A stretch of DNA of 59,002 nt from Thermoprotei archaeon (lineage in GTDB: Archaea > Thermoproteota > Nitrososphaeria > Geothermarchaeales > JDFR-13): positions 1 to 59,002 of the forward strand of contig DQXH01000040.1 in the NCBI GenBank assembly GCA_011043415.1, read 5' to 3'. Position numbers and translations under genes: made by a program. The notes beneath the pieces are model-generated. The model did not search any database. It was not told where the DNA came from and saw nothing but the letters and a program-made list of their open reading frames with translations. Shown here in pieces: positions 49,060 through 58,819 of the stretch (position 1 is its first letter; each line of letters begins with the position of its first letter).

Positions 49060-51146
49060 CTTCAGATGAAATTAGTTTAGAAGACTATGAAAAAAGATTT
49101 TTCCAATTCATAACCAATTTTAAATCTGGCAACATATACAAATATAGGGAGAGAGTTAAAAGCCTACCGGATCAACATGAAAAAATATTGTATATAGATT
49201 TTGATGACCTGGTTTTTTACGACGGTGACCTAGCATTAGCATTATCCGAGAACCCGAAAAATTTAATTAAAGCACTGAAATACGCTGTATACGAGACACT
49301 GAAGATTGAGAGACCTCTAGAGGCCGAGGAATTTACACCAGATGACATATATATTGCCCTACGAGGCGAGAATATCGGCCATGCAATAAAATTAAGAGAG
49401 ATCTCCTCGAAATACATCGGTAAGTTAATCTCCATACAGGGATTATTAGTTAAACTTTCTCAATTATACACAAAACCAGTTAAAGCGGTTTTTAAATGCA
49501 GTTACTGTGGGTATGTTACTGAGGTATCCCGCAGTAACCCCGGTGAATCAATTAAAAAACCTACTTGGTGTGAAAGAGAGAATAAAAGGAGAGAGTTTGT
49601 ATTAGTTAAGGAGGAGACTAAATTCATTGATATACAGTTTGCAAGAATACAGGAAAGGCCAGACGAATTACCTCCAGGGCAGATTCCTAGATTCATCGAC
49701 ATATACATTGAATCGCCTATGACTGAGAAGGCGTATCCGGGAGAGTATGTTAGGATAGTGGGTATACTCGATATTAAACTAAGTCCATCTAAAGAGAGGG
49801 GATACGAGTTTATCTTAATTACAAACAATATAGAGAGCCTAGGTAAGGAAGATATTAAAGTAACACTTACGAGGAAAGATGAAGAGTTATTGAAGAAGTA
49901 TTCTAAAGACCCGGGATTCTACACTAAGGTATTAAGGAGCTTCGCTCCGAGTATATATGGATATGAAGAGGTTAAAGAAGCGTTATTACTTGCAATTATA
50001 GGGGCGGATGATAGGATACTTCCTGATGGAACACGTATAAGAGGAAAAATTCATGTTTTACTAGTTGGCGATCCCGGCGTAGCCAAAAGCCAGCTACTTA
50101 AGTATGCTGCCATGATAGCGCCTAAAGGACTATATACTAGTGGAAGAGGATCCACAGCTGCGGGTTTAACTGCAGCTGTTTTAAGAGACCCGGGTGGGGG
50201 GATGAGCTTAGAAGCGGGGGCTGTAGTCTTAGCCGATATGGGTGTATGCGCTATCGATGAAATTGATAAGATGAGATCTGAAGATAGGGTTGCACTCCAT
50301 GAGGCGATGGAACAATTAACGGTATCTATATCTAAAGGAGGAATTATCGCTACCTTAAACGCTAGGACAACGATACTAGCTGCAGCGAATCCGAAACATG
50401 GTAGATATAATCCTGATCTTTGGTTTAACGACAACGTAAACCTACCATCTACATTAATTTCTAGATTCGACATAATACATGTTATGAGAGACGTACCAGA
50501 TATTGAGAGGGACGAGAAATTAATTAGACATATGGTAGACGCTCGAATAAAGGAGGCAGTATATGAAGATATATTTGATGTAGCCTTCTTAAGAAAATAC
50601 ATAATTTATGCGAGGAAGCTGAAGGTCACGTTTGAAGAAGAAGCTATAAATAGGCTTATGGAGTTTTATAAGCAAATGCGTGCAAAATATAGTTCAGAAA
50701 GAGAGAATATACCTATAACACCAAGGCAGTTCGAGGCGTTCCTAAGGATTGCCGAGGCGAGTGCTAAGGCACATTTAAGGAGAATAGTTACATTAGAAGA
50801 TGCTGAGGTAGCGATTCGACAAATAACAAAGTTTCTATATGAAGTAGCCAGGGATATTGAGACGGGAGAGATTGATGTAACAATAATCTCTACAGGAGTA
50901 CCCGGTAGAAAAGCATCTAGGGTGGAGACCGTTAAGAGGATAATAGAGAAAATTCAAAGAGAAAAGAAGGGTGAGGCGGTGCCGAAAGATGAAATCATAG
51001 AAAGGGTGATTAGAGATACTAATTTGAAGGATCCAGACGTAATTGAAGAGATAATTGACAGACTTGAGAGAGAAGGTGTAATCTATCAGCCTGCACCATA
51101 TAAATACTCACTTGTAGGATTCAAGAGAGAGGAGAGGAAATGGTGA
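49056..51146 (+). CDS. mcm: MCM replicative helicase
   Basis: Walker A GDPGVAKSQLL, Walker B CAIDEIDKM, arginine finger SRFD, C-terminal wH; 696 aa, no intein. Confidence 0.95.
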   Translation: MTSDEISLEDYEKRFFQFITNFKSGNIYKYRERVKSLPDQHEKILYIDFDDLVFYDGDLALALSENPKNLIKALKYAVYETLKIERPLEAEEFTPDDIYIALRGENIGHAIKLREISSKYIGKLISIQGLLVKLSQLYTKPVKAVFKCSYCGYVTEVSRSNPGESIKKPTWCERENKRREFVLVKEETKFIDIQFARIQERPDELPPGQIPRFIDIYIESPMTEKAYPGEYVRIVGILDIKLSPSKERGYEFILITNNIESLGKEDIKVTLTRKDEELLKKYSKDPGFYTKVLRSFAPSIYGYEEVKEALLLAIIGADDRILPDGTRIRGKIHVLLVGDPGVAKSQLLKYAAMIAPKGLYTSGRGSTAAGLTAAVLRDPGGGMSLEAGAVVLADMGVCAIDEIDKMRSEDRVALHEAMEQLTVSISKGGIIATLNARTTILAAANPKHGRYNPDLWFNDNVNLPSTLISRFDIIHVMRDVPDIERDEKLIRHMVDARIKEAVYEDIFDVAFLRKYIIYARKLKVTFEEEAINRLMEFYKQMRAKYSSERENIPITPRQFEAFLRIAEASAKAHLRRIVTLEDAEVAIRQITKFLYEVARDIETGEIDVTIISTGVPGRKASRVETVKRIIEKIQREKKGEAVPKDEIIERVIRDTNLKDPDVIEEIIDRLEREGVIYQPAPYKYSLVGFKREERKW

Positions 51147-51147
51147 A

Positions 51148-53343
51148 ATGGAACTTAAGGAACTTAATCTACCTCAACCAATCCACGAACACCTCAGTAA
51201 ACTAGGTTATAAAACATTATATCCTCCCCAAATTGAAGCATTTAAAAAAGGAATACTAGACGGAAAAAATTTTGTTATAGCCACGCCAACAGCGAGCGGA
51301 AAGACGTTAATAGCTATTATTCTAATATTAAAGCGTCTATATGATGAAGGATATGGCGGGAAATATATTTATCTAGTACCGTTAAAAGCTCTCGCTAATG
51401 AGAAATACAATGAATTTAAGTCTCATTTTGATATTTTAATCGGCGAAAGAAAACCTAGGATATCAATAGCAACTGGAGACTATGATACCAGTGGAGAAGA
51501 GCTTAAAAAGGCAGATGTTATAATAGCAACGAATGAAAAGATGGATTCGCTGCTTAGGCATAAGCCGAGCTGGATTAATAAAATTAAAGTATTAATTATA
51601 GATGAAGGACATACGATAGGATACCCTGACAGGGGACCGATATTAGAGGGACTTATATCAAGGGTTAAAACAGATCTGCCCAATGTACAAATTGTTATAC
51701 TAAGTGCGACAATATCTAACATAGATGAATTTGCTGAATGGATTAGAGGGGAGAAGGTAGTTACAAATTGGCGTCCAGTTCCACTATATGAAGGAATTTT
51801 ATATAACCATATAATAGTATATTCAGATTTTAAGGAGATAGAGATACCGAAGTATTATGGAGAACCTATTATCGATAAGATTATAGAAACTATACTTGAT
51901 AGCGGGCAAGTGATTATATTCACCCAGACTAGATCCGAGGCTAAAAGGAGAGCTAAGCAGATAGGGTACTACATCTCGAAATACCTTCCAAGAATCTATA
52001 CTGAAGATCAGTTGATGGAGCTTACACGAATTAGTAAGGTGATACTCGAGAAAGGTGAAAGAACCAAGCTTAGTGAAGCATTAGCGGATGTAGTTAGATT
52101 CGGCGTGGGTTTCCATCACGCTGGATTAAATCCACAGCATAGAACTATAATCGAGGACTCATTCAGAAAAGGTATAATTAAAGTATTGACAGCCACCCCC
52201 ACATTAGCTGCAGGTGTAAATCTACCTGGTAGAGTAGTTATAATAACCTATACAAGTAGGAGAAGTGTAGGCGGCTTTCAAGAGGATATCAGTGTATTTG
52301 AATATAAGCAGATGGCTGGTAGAGCCGGGAGACCTCAGTATGATACATATGGTGAAGCATTAATCCATACAAAGTATGAGAATATGATTGATGTACTACT
52401 AGATAACTATATATTGAATGAGCCAGAGCCTATAGAGAGTCATTTAATGAATAACGAGTATCCTGACGTTTTTATTATCAGCATTGCATCTACACTCCGG
52501 CATCTGAATGATACAAAAATAGCGAATTACCTTCGTAATACACTAATTTACCTGCAGAAGGATATAAGATATATTAATCAGAAAATTAAACATGCATTAC
52601 AGAGGTTGATAGACGGGGGGTTATTAGAGCTAAGGGATATTAGAGGAAAAACATACTATAGGATAACGCCTCTAGGCGAAAGAACCGCTGAATTATATAT
52701 TTTCCCTTCAACAGCCTCATATCTATGGAGGATTTCAAATGAATATAGGACTTACATACCGTCAGACATAATGTTATTATATCATTTATCTAAGACTAGA
52801 GACATGCCCAAGTTAGGATTGAGAAGACGTGATTATAGGCTTATAGTTAATGAAATGGCTAGGAGAGGAGTGGAGGAAGAGTATATTATCAATATTATAG
52901 ATAATCCGTATAGAGAACTTGTCGATGATGAAGTAGCGGTATGGAAAACCACGTTAGTACTAGATGATTGGATAAATGAGGCTACTGAGGAAGAAATACT
53001 AAGTAGATGGGGGGTAGAGCCAGGTGATTTATATGTACTATATTCTACTGGTGAATGGCTGGCATATTCCGCTAGGGAGATAGCGTTGATAGCTGGTAAC
53101 AAGGAGCTATACAATAGGTTTAGTTCATTAATTTATAGACTGAAGTATGGTGTAAAGTCTGAACTCGTACCACTTGTACAAATTCCTAAAATTGGTCGTA
53201 GGAGGGCGCGAGCATTATATAATCATGGATACAAGACACTATCCACTCTGGCTAAGGCTAGGCTGGAAGATCTAATATCCATACCTGGGATAGGGATCTC
53301 CACTGCAAAAGAAATTTTAAGGGAACTCTCTAAAATCTTATAG
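51148..53343 (+). CDS. hel308: Hel308/Hjm-type Ski2-like DNA helicase
   Basis: ATPTASGKT, DEGH, SAT, TPTLAAGVNLP, QMAGRAGRP, C-terminal HhH IPGIGISTAKEIL. Starts 1 nt after the mcm stop. Confidence 0.88.
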   Translation: MELKELNLPQPIHEHLSKLGYKTLYPPQIEAFKKGILDGKNFVIATPTASGKTLIAIILILKRLYDEGYGGKYIYLVPLKALANEKYNEFKSHFDILIGERKPRISIATGDYDTSGEELKKADVIIATNEKMDSLLRHKPSWINKIKVLIIDEGHTIGYPDRGPILEGLISRVKTDLPNVQIVILSATISNIDEFAEWIRGEKVVTNWRPVPLYEGILYNHIIVYSDFKEIEIPKYYGEPIIDKIIETILDSGQVIIFTQTRSEAKRRAKQIGYYISKYLPRIYTEDQLMELTRISKVILEKGERTKLSEALADVVRFGVGFHHAGLNPQHRTIIEDSFRKGIIKVLTATPTLAAGVNLPGRVVIITYTSRRSVGGFQEDISVFEYKQMAGRAGRPQYDTYGEALIHTKYENMIDVLLDNYILNEPEPIESHLMNNEYPDVFIISIASTLRHLNDTKIANYLRNTLIYLQKDIRYINQKIKHALQRLIDGGLLELRDIRGKTYYRITPLGERTAELYIFPSTASYLWRISNEYRTYIPSDIMLLYHLSKTRDMPKLGLRRRDYRLIVNEMARRGVEEEYIINIIDNPYRELVDDEVAVWKTTLVLDDWINEATEEEILSRWGVEPGDLYVLYSTGEWLAYSAREIALIAGNKELYNRFSSLIYRLKYGVKSELVPLVQIPKIGRRRARALYNHGYKTLSTLAKARLEDLISIPGIGISTAKEILRELSKIL

Positions 53344-54675
53344 CTTGACACTTTCCAGTAGTTTTTTAGCCTTACTTACAGCACTTTCTATGAATAATCT
53401 CAGCGACATCAAATCTTCTATATCTTCCATGGTAATATACTTACTTAAATATTCGTCACCCTCGACCGCCTTAATAAACTCCTTCAAATCCGTAGTCCTT
53501 TTCACAGCTAGGATAATACGTAATTTGTCATGCAAAACCTGCCTATCTCCACCCCTTAATGTAGCAATTTGAACCAAAATATCCGAAAAGATCCCAGGGA
53601 TATTTTCTCGAATATTCTTTAAAGCCTTCTCCCTATTAACCTTGAAATTAGATAATATTTTATTGAGAGTCTCAAGCTGTTCATCTACAATTAAGAAGAC
53701 TTCTGGAACAACTATCCTCTCAAAACTACTATTCCTTAAATCTCGTTCATGCTCCGAAATTATGTTTTCAATCACAGAACTAGCGTAGCTTCTAGTTACT
53801 CGAGCTAATCCACAAATCTTTTCACTCTTGACCGGGTTCCTTTTATGCGGCATTATAGAAGATCCAACCTGCTCTTCTTCAAAACCCTCATCAAACTCAT
53901 CTATCTCACTCCTCTGTAGATGCCTAATTTCATTTGCAAAATGCTCTAATACTGTGGATAAGACTATTACATCCAAAATTATATATGCCAATCTATCTCT
54001 AGGGATAATCTGGGTGTAGAATGTAGCCTTCTTTAGATTAAGATTATTCAAGATAATATCTTCAATTTTATCCATATATGGATAAAGTTCAACCTGAGAG
54101 CCTACGGCGCCGCCGATTTTACCAGCTATAAATCTAAAGTCATCCTTTAACCGAATATAGCTTCGATATAGCTCATCTATATATAAGCTGATTTTAAATC
54201 CCACTGTAACTGGTAGTGCTGCCCTGCCATGGGTTCTACCTAATATAGGCGTATCTAACTCTCTGTAGGCGATATCAAGGAGCTTCAACAGAATATCCTT
54301 TAATTTATTTAATAGGATATTTAGGGCGTCTCTAACCTGCATCATCAAAACATTATCTAAAACATCATTTGACGTCAACCCTAGATGAATATATTTCCCA
54401 TATTCGCCAGCGGCCTCAGATAAAGCCTTAACTAGTGCCATGGTCTCGTGCTTCGTAATTTTTTCATACTCAACTACGTCGGAATAATCAACCTTCTTAA
54501 ACATTTTATGAACATATTGAAGTTCTTCCTCAGTATACGGTATAAGCTTCTTTTCAGCCAGCGCCCTTAATAAATTATATTCTACAGATTTAGCATAATC
54601 AACCCATGTATTCCGCTCGAATACCTTCCTCATCTCACTAGAACCATATCTATATTCCACTGGATGAATGACCAT
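53338..54675 (-). CDS. purB: Adenylosuccinate lyase
   Basis: HPVEYRYGS.EMR, TSNDV, fumarate-lyase signature GSSIMPHKRNP. ATG at M4 of the track ORF. Confidence 0.92.
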   Translation of the reverse strand: MVIHPVEYRYGSSEMRKVFERNTWVDYAKSVEYNLLRALAEKKLIPYTEEELQYVHKMFKKVDYSDVVEYEKITKHETMALVKALSEAAGEYGKYIHLGLTSNDVLDNVLMMQVRDALNILLNKLKDILLKLLDIAYRELDTPILGRTHGRAALPVTVGFKISLYIDELYRSYIRLKDDFRFIAGKIGGAVGSQVELYPYMDKIEDIILNNLNLKKATFYTQIIPRDRLAYIILDVIVLSTVLEHFANEIRHLQRSEIDEFDEGFEEEQVGSSIMPHKRNPVKSEKICGLARVTRSYASSVIENIISEHERDLRNSSFERIVVPEVFLIVDEQLETLNKILSNFKVNREKALKNIRENIPGIFSDILVQIATLRGGDRQVLHDKLRIILAVKRTTDLKEFIKAVEGDEYLSKYITMEDIEDLMSLRLFIESAVSKAKKLLESVKL

Positions 54676-54737
54676 TATATACACCCTAAAATAACTATAT
54701 TAAATTAAATATTAAGTAGTGAGAAAATCTGTCTAGA

Positions 54738-56129
54738 ATGATTATAAGTTGCGATGATGAGCTAGATACACAATATTCATCTATATATACAGATATGAAA
54801 CATCTAACTAGCGACTTATGTAAAATATATTATGAGAAGGGTTATAGGATTCTCAGATTTAATGAATACATAATTATAACACGATACCTGAATTATATTC
54901 CATCGATTCATAGATATGAAGAGTTGTCTGAATATATCAAAATCTTTAGGAAAACACTAGTAAATTGGTCGCACGAGGATCTTATAAACCTTCTTATTGA
55001 GATTGATAATATATTGGATGGAAGATATATAGCAATAAAAATAAATTGTAATGGTAAGAATGATAAAGCATCAATATTTAGAGATCCACTTGGATTAGCT
55101 AGCTTATATAGCAATGAAAAAATACTCTCTGATCAAAAGAAGCTGATATATGGGTTGATAAAAGAAGACTTTAATAGAATCGTATTCTCTGTTCCACCTG
55201 GGATATGGTACAATTTCTCTAAGGTTGATAATAGAATATGGTATTATAAAGCGCTAAACGATAGTATGTGGAGGGAAAACCCACATCATATTAAGTTAAC
55301 TAGTAGTTTAGATAAGGTTTCAAGATTATATCTAGACTATCTTTTAATTAGACTTGAAATGATTAGAAAGAAGGAGAAGATAAAAAATGTTTTAGTAGCA
55401 TATTCTGGTGGAGTAGATAGTAGTTTAACCGCAAAACTCGCAATTGAATCTGGGTTAAATGTAGAAATCGCAATTATATATTCTAAGGGATCAAAGGATG
55501 AGGTAATATATGAATATGCATATAAAGCGTTTCCAGACGCCGATGTAAAACCTATCGTATTTGACCAGGACCAGTTACATAATGATCTTAAATCAATTAT
55601 TTACGTCGTTGAAAACTATAGCCCTATAAATATTTCAGTAGCTATTCCGGAGTATTACTTATTCGCATATTCAGGGACTAAACATGTTTTTATGGGTCAG
55701 GGAAGCGATGAATTATTTGGTGGATATAAGAAGTATGTAGATAACTACGAAATGGCTAATGAATTAATTAAAAAAGATGTTATAAGGTCGTATAGAGCGA
55801 ATTTTGAGAGAGAAGATAAGTTATCAAGATTCTTTAATAAAGTCCTTTATTATCCACTTATAAGTCCCGCCATAACTATATTCGCCTTGAACCTACCATT
55901 GGAATATAAAATTTTGAGTAGAGAGGATCACCTACGAAAATGGGTCGTTAGATATGCATCCAAGTATTTAGATCTTCCTGATGACATCGTCTTGAGGGAA
56001 AAGAGATCAATGCAGTACTCTACTGGAAGCATGAAACTACTACGTAAAATAGCTAAGAAAATGAATACTAGTCTGACTAATTTATTATATGACATATATT
56101 CTGAAACCGTGTTGAAGTTATATAAGTAG
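54738..56129 (+). CDS. Asparagine-synthetase-like PP-loop ATPase lacking the N-terminal catalytic Cys
   Basis: FRDPLGLASLY, PP-loop AYSGGVDSS, GQGSDELFGGY (AsnB-type). The N-terminus is MIISCDD rather than MCG. Confidence 0.7.
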   Translation: MIISCDDELDTQYSSIYTDMKHLTSDLCKIYYEKGYRILRFNEYIIITRYLNYIPSIHRYEELSEYIKIFRKTLVNWSHEDLINLLIEIDNILDGRYIAIKINCNGKNDKASIFRDPLGLASLYSNEKILSDQKKLIYGLIKEDFNRIVFSVPPGIWYNFSKVDNRIWYYKALNDSMWRENPHHIKLTSSLDKVSRLYLDYLLIRLEMIRKKEKIKNVLVAYSGGVDSSLTAKLAIESGLNVEIAIIYSKGSKDEVIYEYAYKAFPDADVKPIVFDQDQLHNDLKSIIYVVENYSPINISVAIPEYYLFAYSGTKHVFMGQGSDELFGGYKKYVDNYEMANELIKKDVIRSYRANFEREDKLSRFFNKVLYYPLISPAITIFALNLPLEYKILSREDHLRKWVVRYASKYLDLPDDIVLREKRSMQYSTGSMKLLRKIAKKMNTSLTNLLYDIYSETVLKLYK

Positions 56130-56156
56130 GTATTATAATAATATAATAGCTAGTTC

Positions 56157-58157
56157 ATGAGATGGATAATAACATCTGCATGGCCCTATGCACATGGAAC
56201 ACCGCATCTAGGCAATATAGTTTCATCACTATTATCTGCCGATATCTTTACAAGATTCTTGCGTATACAAGGTCATGAGGTAATATATGTTACAGGATCA
56301 GATGAACATGGTACACCTATAGAAGTGAAGGCTATACAACTAGGGGTAAAGCCTAAAGATTTAACTGATAAGGTACACAACGAAATATTAAAGATCTTAA
56401 AAGGATTTAAAATAGAACCCGACAATTATACAAGGACACATAACGAGGTTCATATCCAATTTGTGAGGGAGGTCTTCGATAAAATTTATAAGAATGGGTA
56501 TATATTTACGAAGAAAGATAAATTGTTATACTGTCCTAGAGACAAAATATATTTGCCAGATAGATTTGTAATTGGGAAATGTCCATATTGTGGATATGAG
56601 AGTGCGAGAGGAGATCAATGTGAAAACTGTGGAAGACTATTGACACCCACCGAATTAATTAATCCAAGATGTGTAATATGTGGAGAAACCCCTATAGTAA
56701 AGGAGAGTATCCACTATTATTTTGATTTAACAAAGTTTGAGAGTATTTTATATAAATGGATTTCAGAGTCTAAAACCCTGAGTGAAAACGCTAAAAATTT
56801 CTCGATTCAGATGCTTAAACAGGGACTTAAACCAAGATCCGTCACGAGAAATAATAGGTGGGGAATACCAGCACCATTCCCCGATGCTTCAGATTTAACA
56901 ATATATGTGTGGTTTGACGCCGTTTTAGGGTATGTATCTGCAGTTAAAGAATTATTTTTGAAAAGAGATATGGACCCGGATAAATGGAAGGAGTGGTGGT
57001 GGGATAAAGATACTAATGTAGCATTTTTTATAGGTAAAGATAACATCCCGTTTCATACCATTATATTTCCAGCACTATTGTTAGGCACACATGACCCCTA
57101 TACATTAAAATTCCATATAGGGTCAACTGAATGGCTTACCTTTGAAGGCAAGAAATTCTCTAAATCCAAGGGAATTGGGATATGGGGTGAAGAAGCAATT
57201 TCACTATTACCTGCAGATTACTGGAGATATACATTGACTTTAATTAGGCCGGAGACTAAAGATACGGATTTTACATGGAAGATCCTAGAATATGCCGTTA
57301 ATGAGGAATTGAATAACCATATTGGAAACCTAGTCCATAGAGTCCTCAAATTAATAGCCAAGTATAATGGTTATAAAGTAATTCCATCGAGCATAACTAG
57401 AGATAGTGAAAAAGAGTTAAATAAATTGGTATATGAAGTTAGTGCTAAAGTAGAAGAACTATATTATAACATGCGGTTTCAAAGAGTAATAAATGAAGTT
57501 ATGAAAGTAGTCAAGAGGGCGAATGCCGTAATTAACGATGAGAGGCCTTGGGAGTTATATAAGACGGATTATAACGCTTTTAAAAGTATGATACATACAT
57601 TAGCTAAAGTTATTAGAGATATTGCGATAATGTTATATCCTATAATACCTGATACCTCTATCAAGATATTTGACTATTTAAATCTCCCTATGCAGAACCT
57701 GAGGTGGGATATAATTGGAAAAGATTTTGATCATGAGGTAGAGATAAAGCGCGACTTCAAGCCTTTATTTAAGAAGATTGATATAGAGGAGCTTAAGAAA
57801 AAATTAAGTCTAATGAGGGGTGAGCATATTAAAATTGATGAAAACTACTTGAAAAAGCTGGATCTACGGGTGGGAAAAATTTTAGAGGCGGAGTATAAGA
57901 AGGGTTCTACTAAAATTATTAGACTTAAGGTGGATATAGGAGATAAAATTATAAAGATTCTAGGCGGATTAGGAGAATACTATAAACCTACAGACTTAAT
58001 TGGGAAGACGGTGGTGGTAGTAGCCAATATTAAGGAGAAAAAGATTATGGGTGAATATTCAGAGGGGATGCTACTAGCAGCTATAGATGAGGGAGGAGGA
58101 ATTAGCTTACTAACTCCAGATAGAGAAGATGTAAAGGCGGGTACAAGAGTGGGATGA
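56157..58157 (+). CDS. metG: Methionyl-tRNA synthetase with C-terminal Trbp111/EMAPII-like tRNA-binding domain
   Basis: AWPYAHGTPHLGN (HIGH), Zn knuckles CPYCGY...CENCG, KFSKSKG (KMSKS), C-terminal LDLRVGKILEAE OB domain. Confidence 0.95.
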   Translation: MRWIITSAWPYAHGTPHLGNIVSSLLSADIFTRFLRIQGHEVIYVTGSDEHGTPIEVKAIQLGVKPKDLTDKVHNEILKILKGFKIEPDNYTRTHNEVHIQFVREVFDKIYKNGYIFTKKDKLLYCPRDKIYLPDRFVIGKCPYCGYESARGDQCENCGRLLTPTELINPRCVICGETPIVKESIHYYFDLTKFESILYKWISESKTLSENAKNFSIQMLKQGLKPRSVTRNNRWGIPAPFPDASDLTIYVWFDAVLGYVSAVKELFLKRDMDPDKWKEWWWDKDTNVAFFIGKDNIPFHTIIFPALLLGTHDPYTLKFHIGSTEWLTFEGKKFSKSKGIGIWGEEAISLLPADYWRYTLTLIRPETKDTDFTWKILEYAVNEELNNHIGNLVHRVLKLIAKYNGYKVIPSSITRDSEKELNKLVYEVSAKVEELYYNMRFQRVINEVMKVVKRANAVINDERPWELYKTDYNAFKSMIHTLAKVIRDIAIMLYPIIPDTSIKIFDYLNLPMQNLRWDIIGKDFDHEVEIKRDFKPLFKKIDIEELKKKLSLMRGEHIKIDENYLKKLDLRVGKILEAEYKKGSTKIIRLKVDIGDKIIKILGGLGEYYKPTDLIGKTVVVVANIKEKKIMGEYSEGMLLAAIDEGGGISLLTPDREDVKAGTRVG

Positions 58158-58819
58158 GATTAGATTTACATATTCATACATTCTACTCTAGAGACGCTGT
58201 AAATACTATAGATGATATTATTAAATTCGCCCGCCTAAGGGGGATTGATGGAATAGCTATAACAGATCATAATCGGATCGATGCAGCATTGAAATATAGT
58301 AAAACTATAGATGAAATACTTGTTATACCGGGTATAGAAGTAGATACTAGATATGGTCATATAATATTATTGAATGTACATAAAGAACCGCCAAAAACAG
58401 ACAATTTAGATATACTGAAAGAGTTTGCTGAAGATGAGAATGGGATAATGGTTCTAGCACATCCATATGCCTCACTTTTTACTAAAAGAAAAAATGTTGA
58501 GACTATAATTCATAAGGTACATGCTGTTGAAGTTGCTAACGCCTCAGACTTTAAAGTTGATACAAACTTCAGAAAACTCCTGGATTTAGCCAAGAGATAT
58601 AATATTGGAATAACAGCGGGAAGTGACTCTCATATACCAGATACAATTGGATATGCATATATTGAAGTTGAATCAAAGGAAGTTGATGAAATTATCAGGG
58701 ATATTATTAATAGGCGATGTAAGATTTACTATAAGAGTGTATCCATAAATCTAAGAATGAAGAAGATTTTTTACGATATTCTCCATAGAGCCAGGTTGTA
58801 TAGGCCTTCACCGCCTTAA
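58154..58819 (+). CDS. PHP-domain metal-dependent phosphoesterase
   Basis: MRLDLHIHTFYSRD...GIAITDHN...AHP...GSDSH metal-ligand pattern. ATGA overlap with the metG stop. Confidence 0.8.
   Translation: MRLDLHIHTFYSRDAVNTIDDIIKFARLRGIDGIAITDHNRIDAALKYSKTIDEILVIPGIEVDTRYGHIILLNVHKEPPKTDNLDILKEFAEDENGIMVLAHPYASLFTKRKNVETIIHKVHAVEVANASDFKVDTNFRKLLDLAKRYNIGITAGSDSHIPDTIGYAYIEVESKEVDEIIRDIINRRCKIYYKSVSINLRMKKIFYDILHRARLYRPSPP

Noticed and set aside
50051-50602. 183-aa minus-strand ORF inside mcm; similar antisense ORFs at 11758-12210 (in fni), 25133-25432 (in archease), 26211-26567 and 26674-26991 (in tuf), 3832-4170 (in aIF2-gamma)
   Set aside because: All lie fully within well-supported genes on the opposite strand. 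They show antisense-type composition and no recognisable domains.
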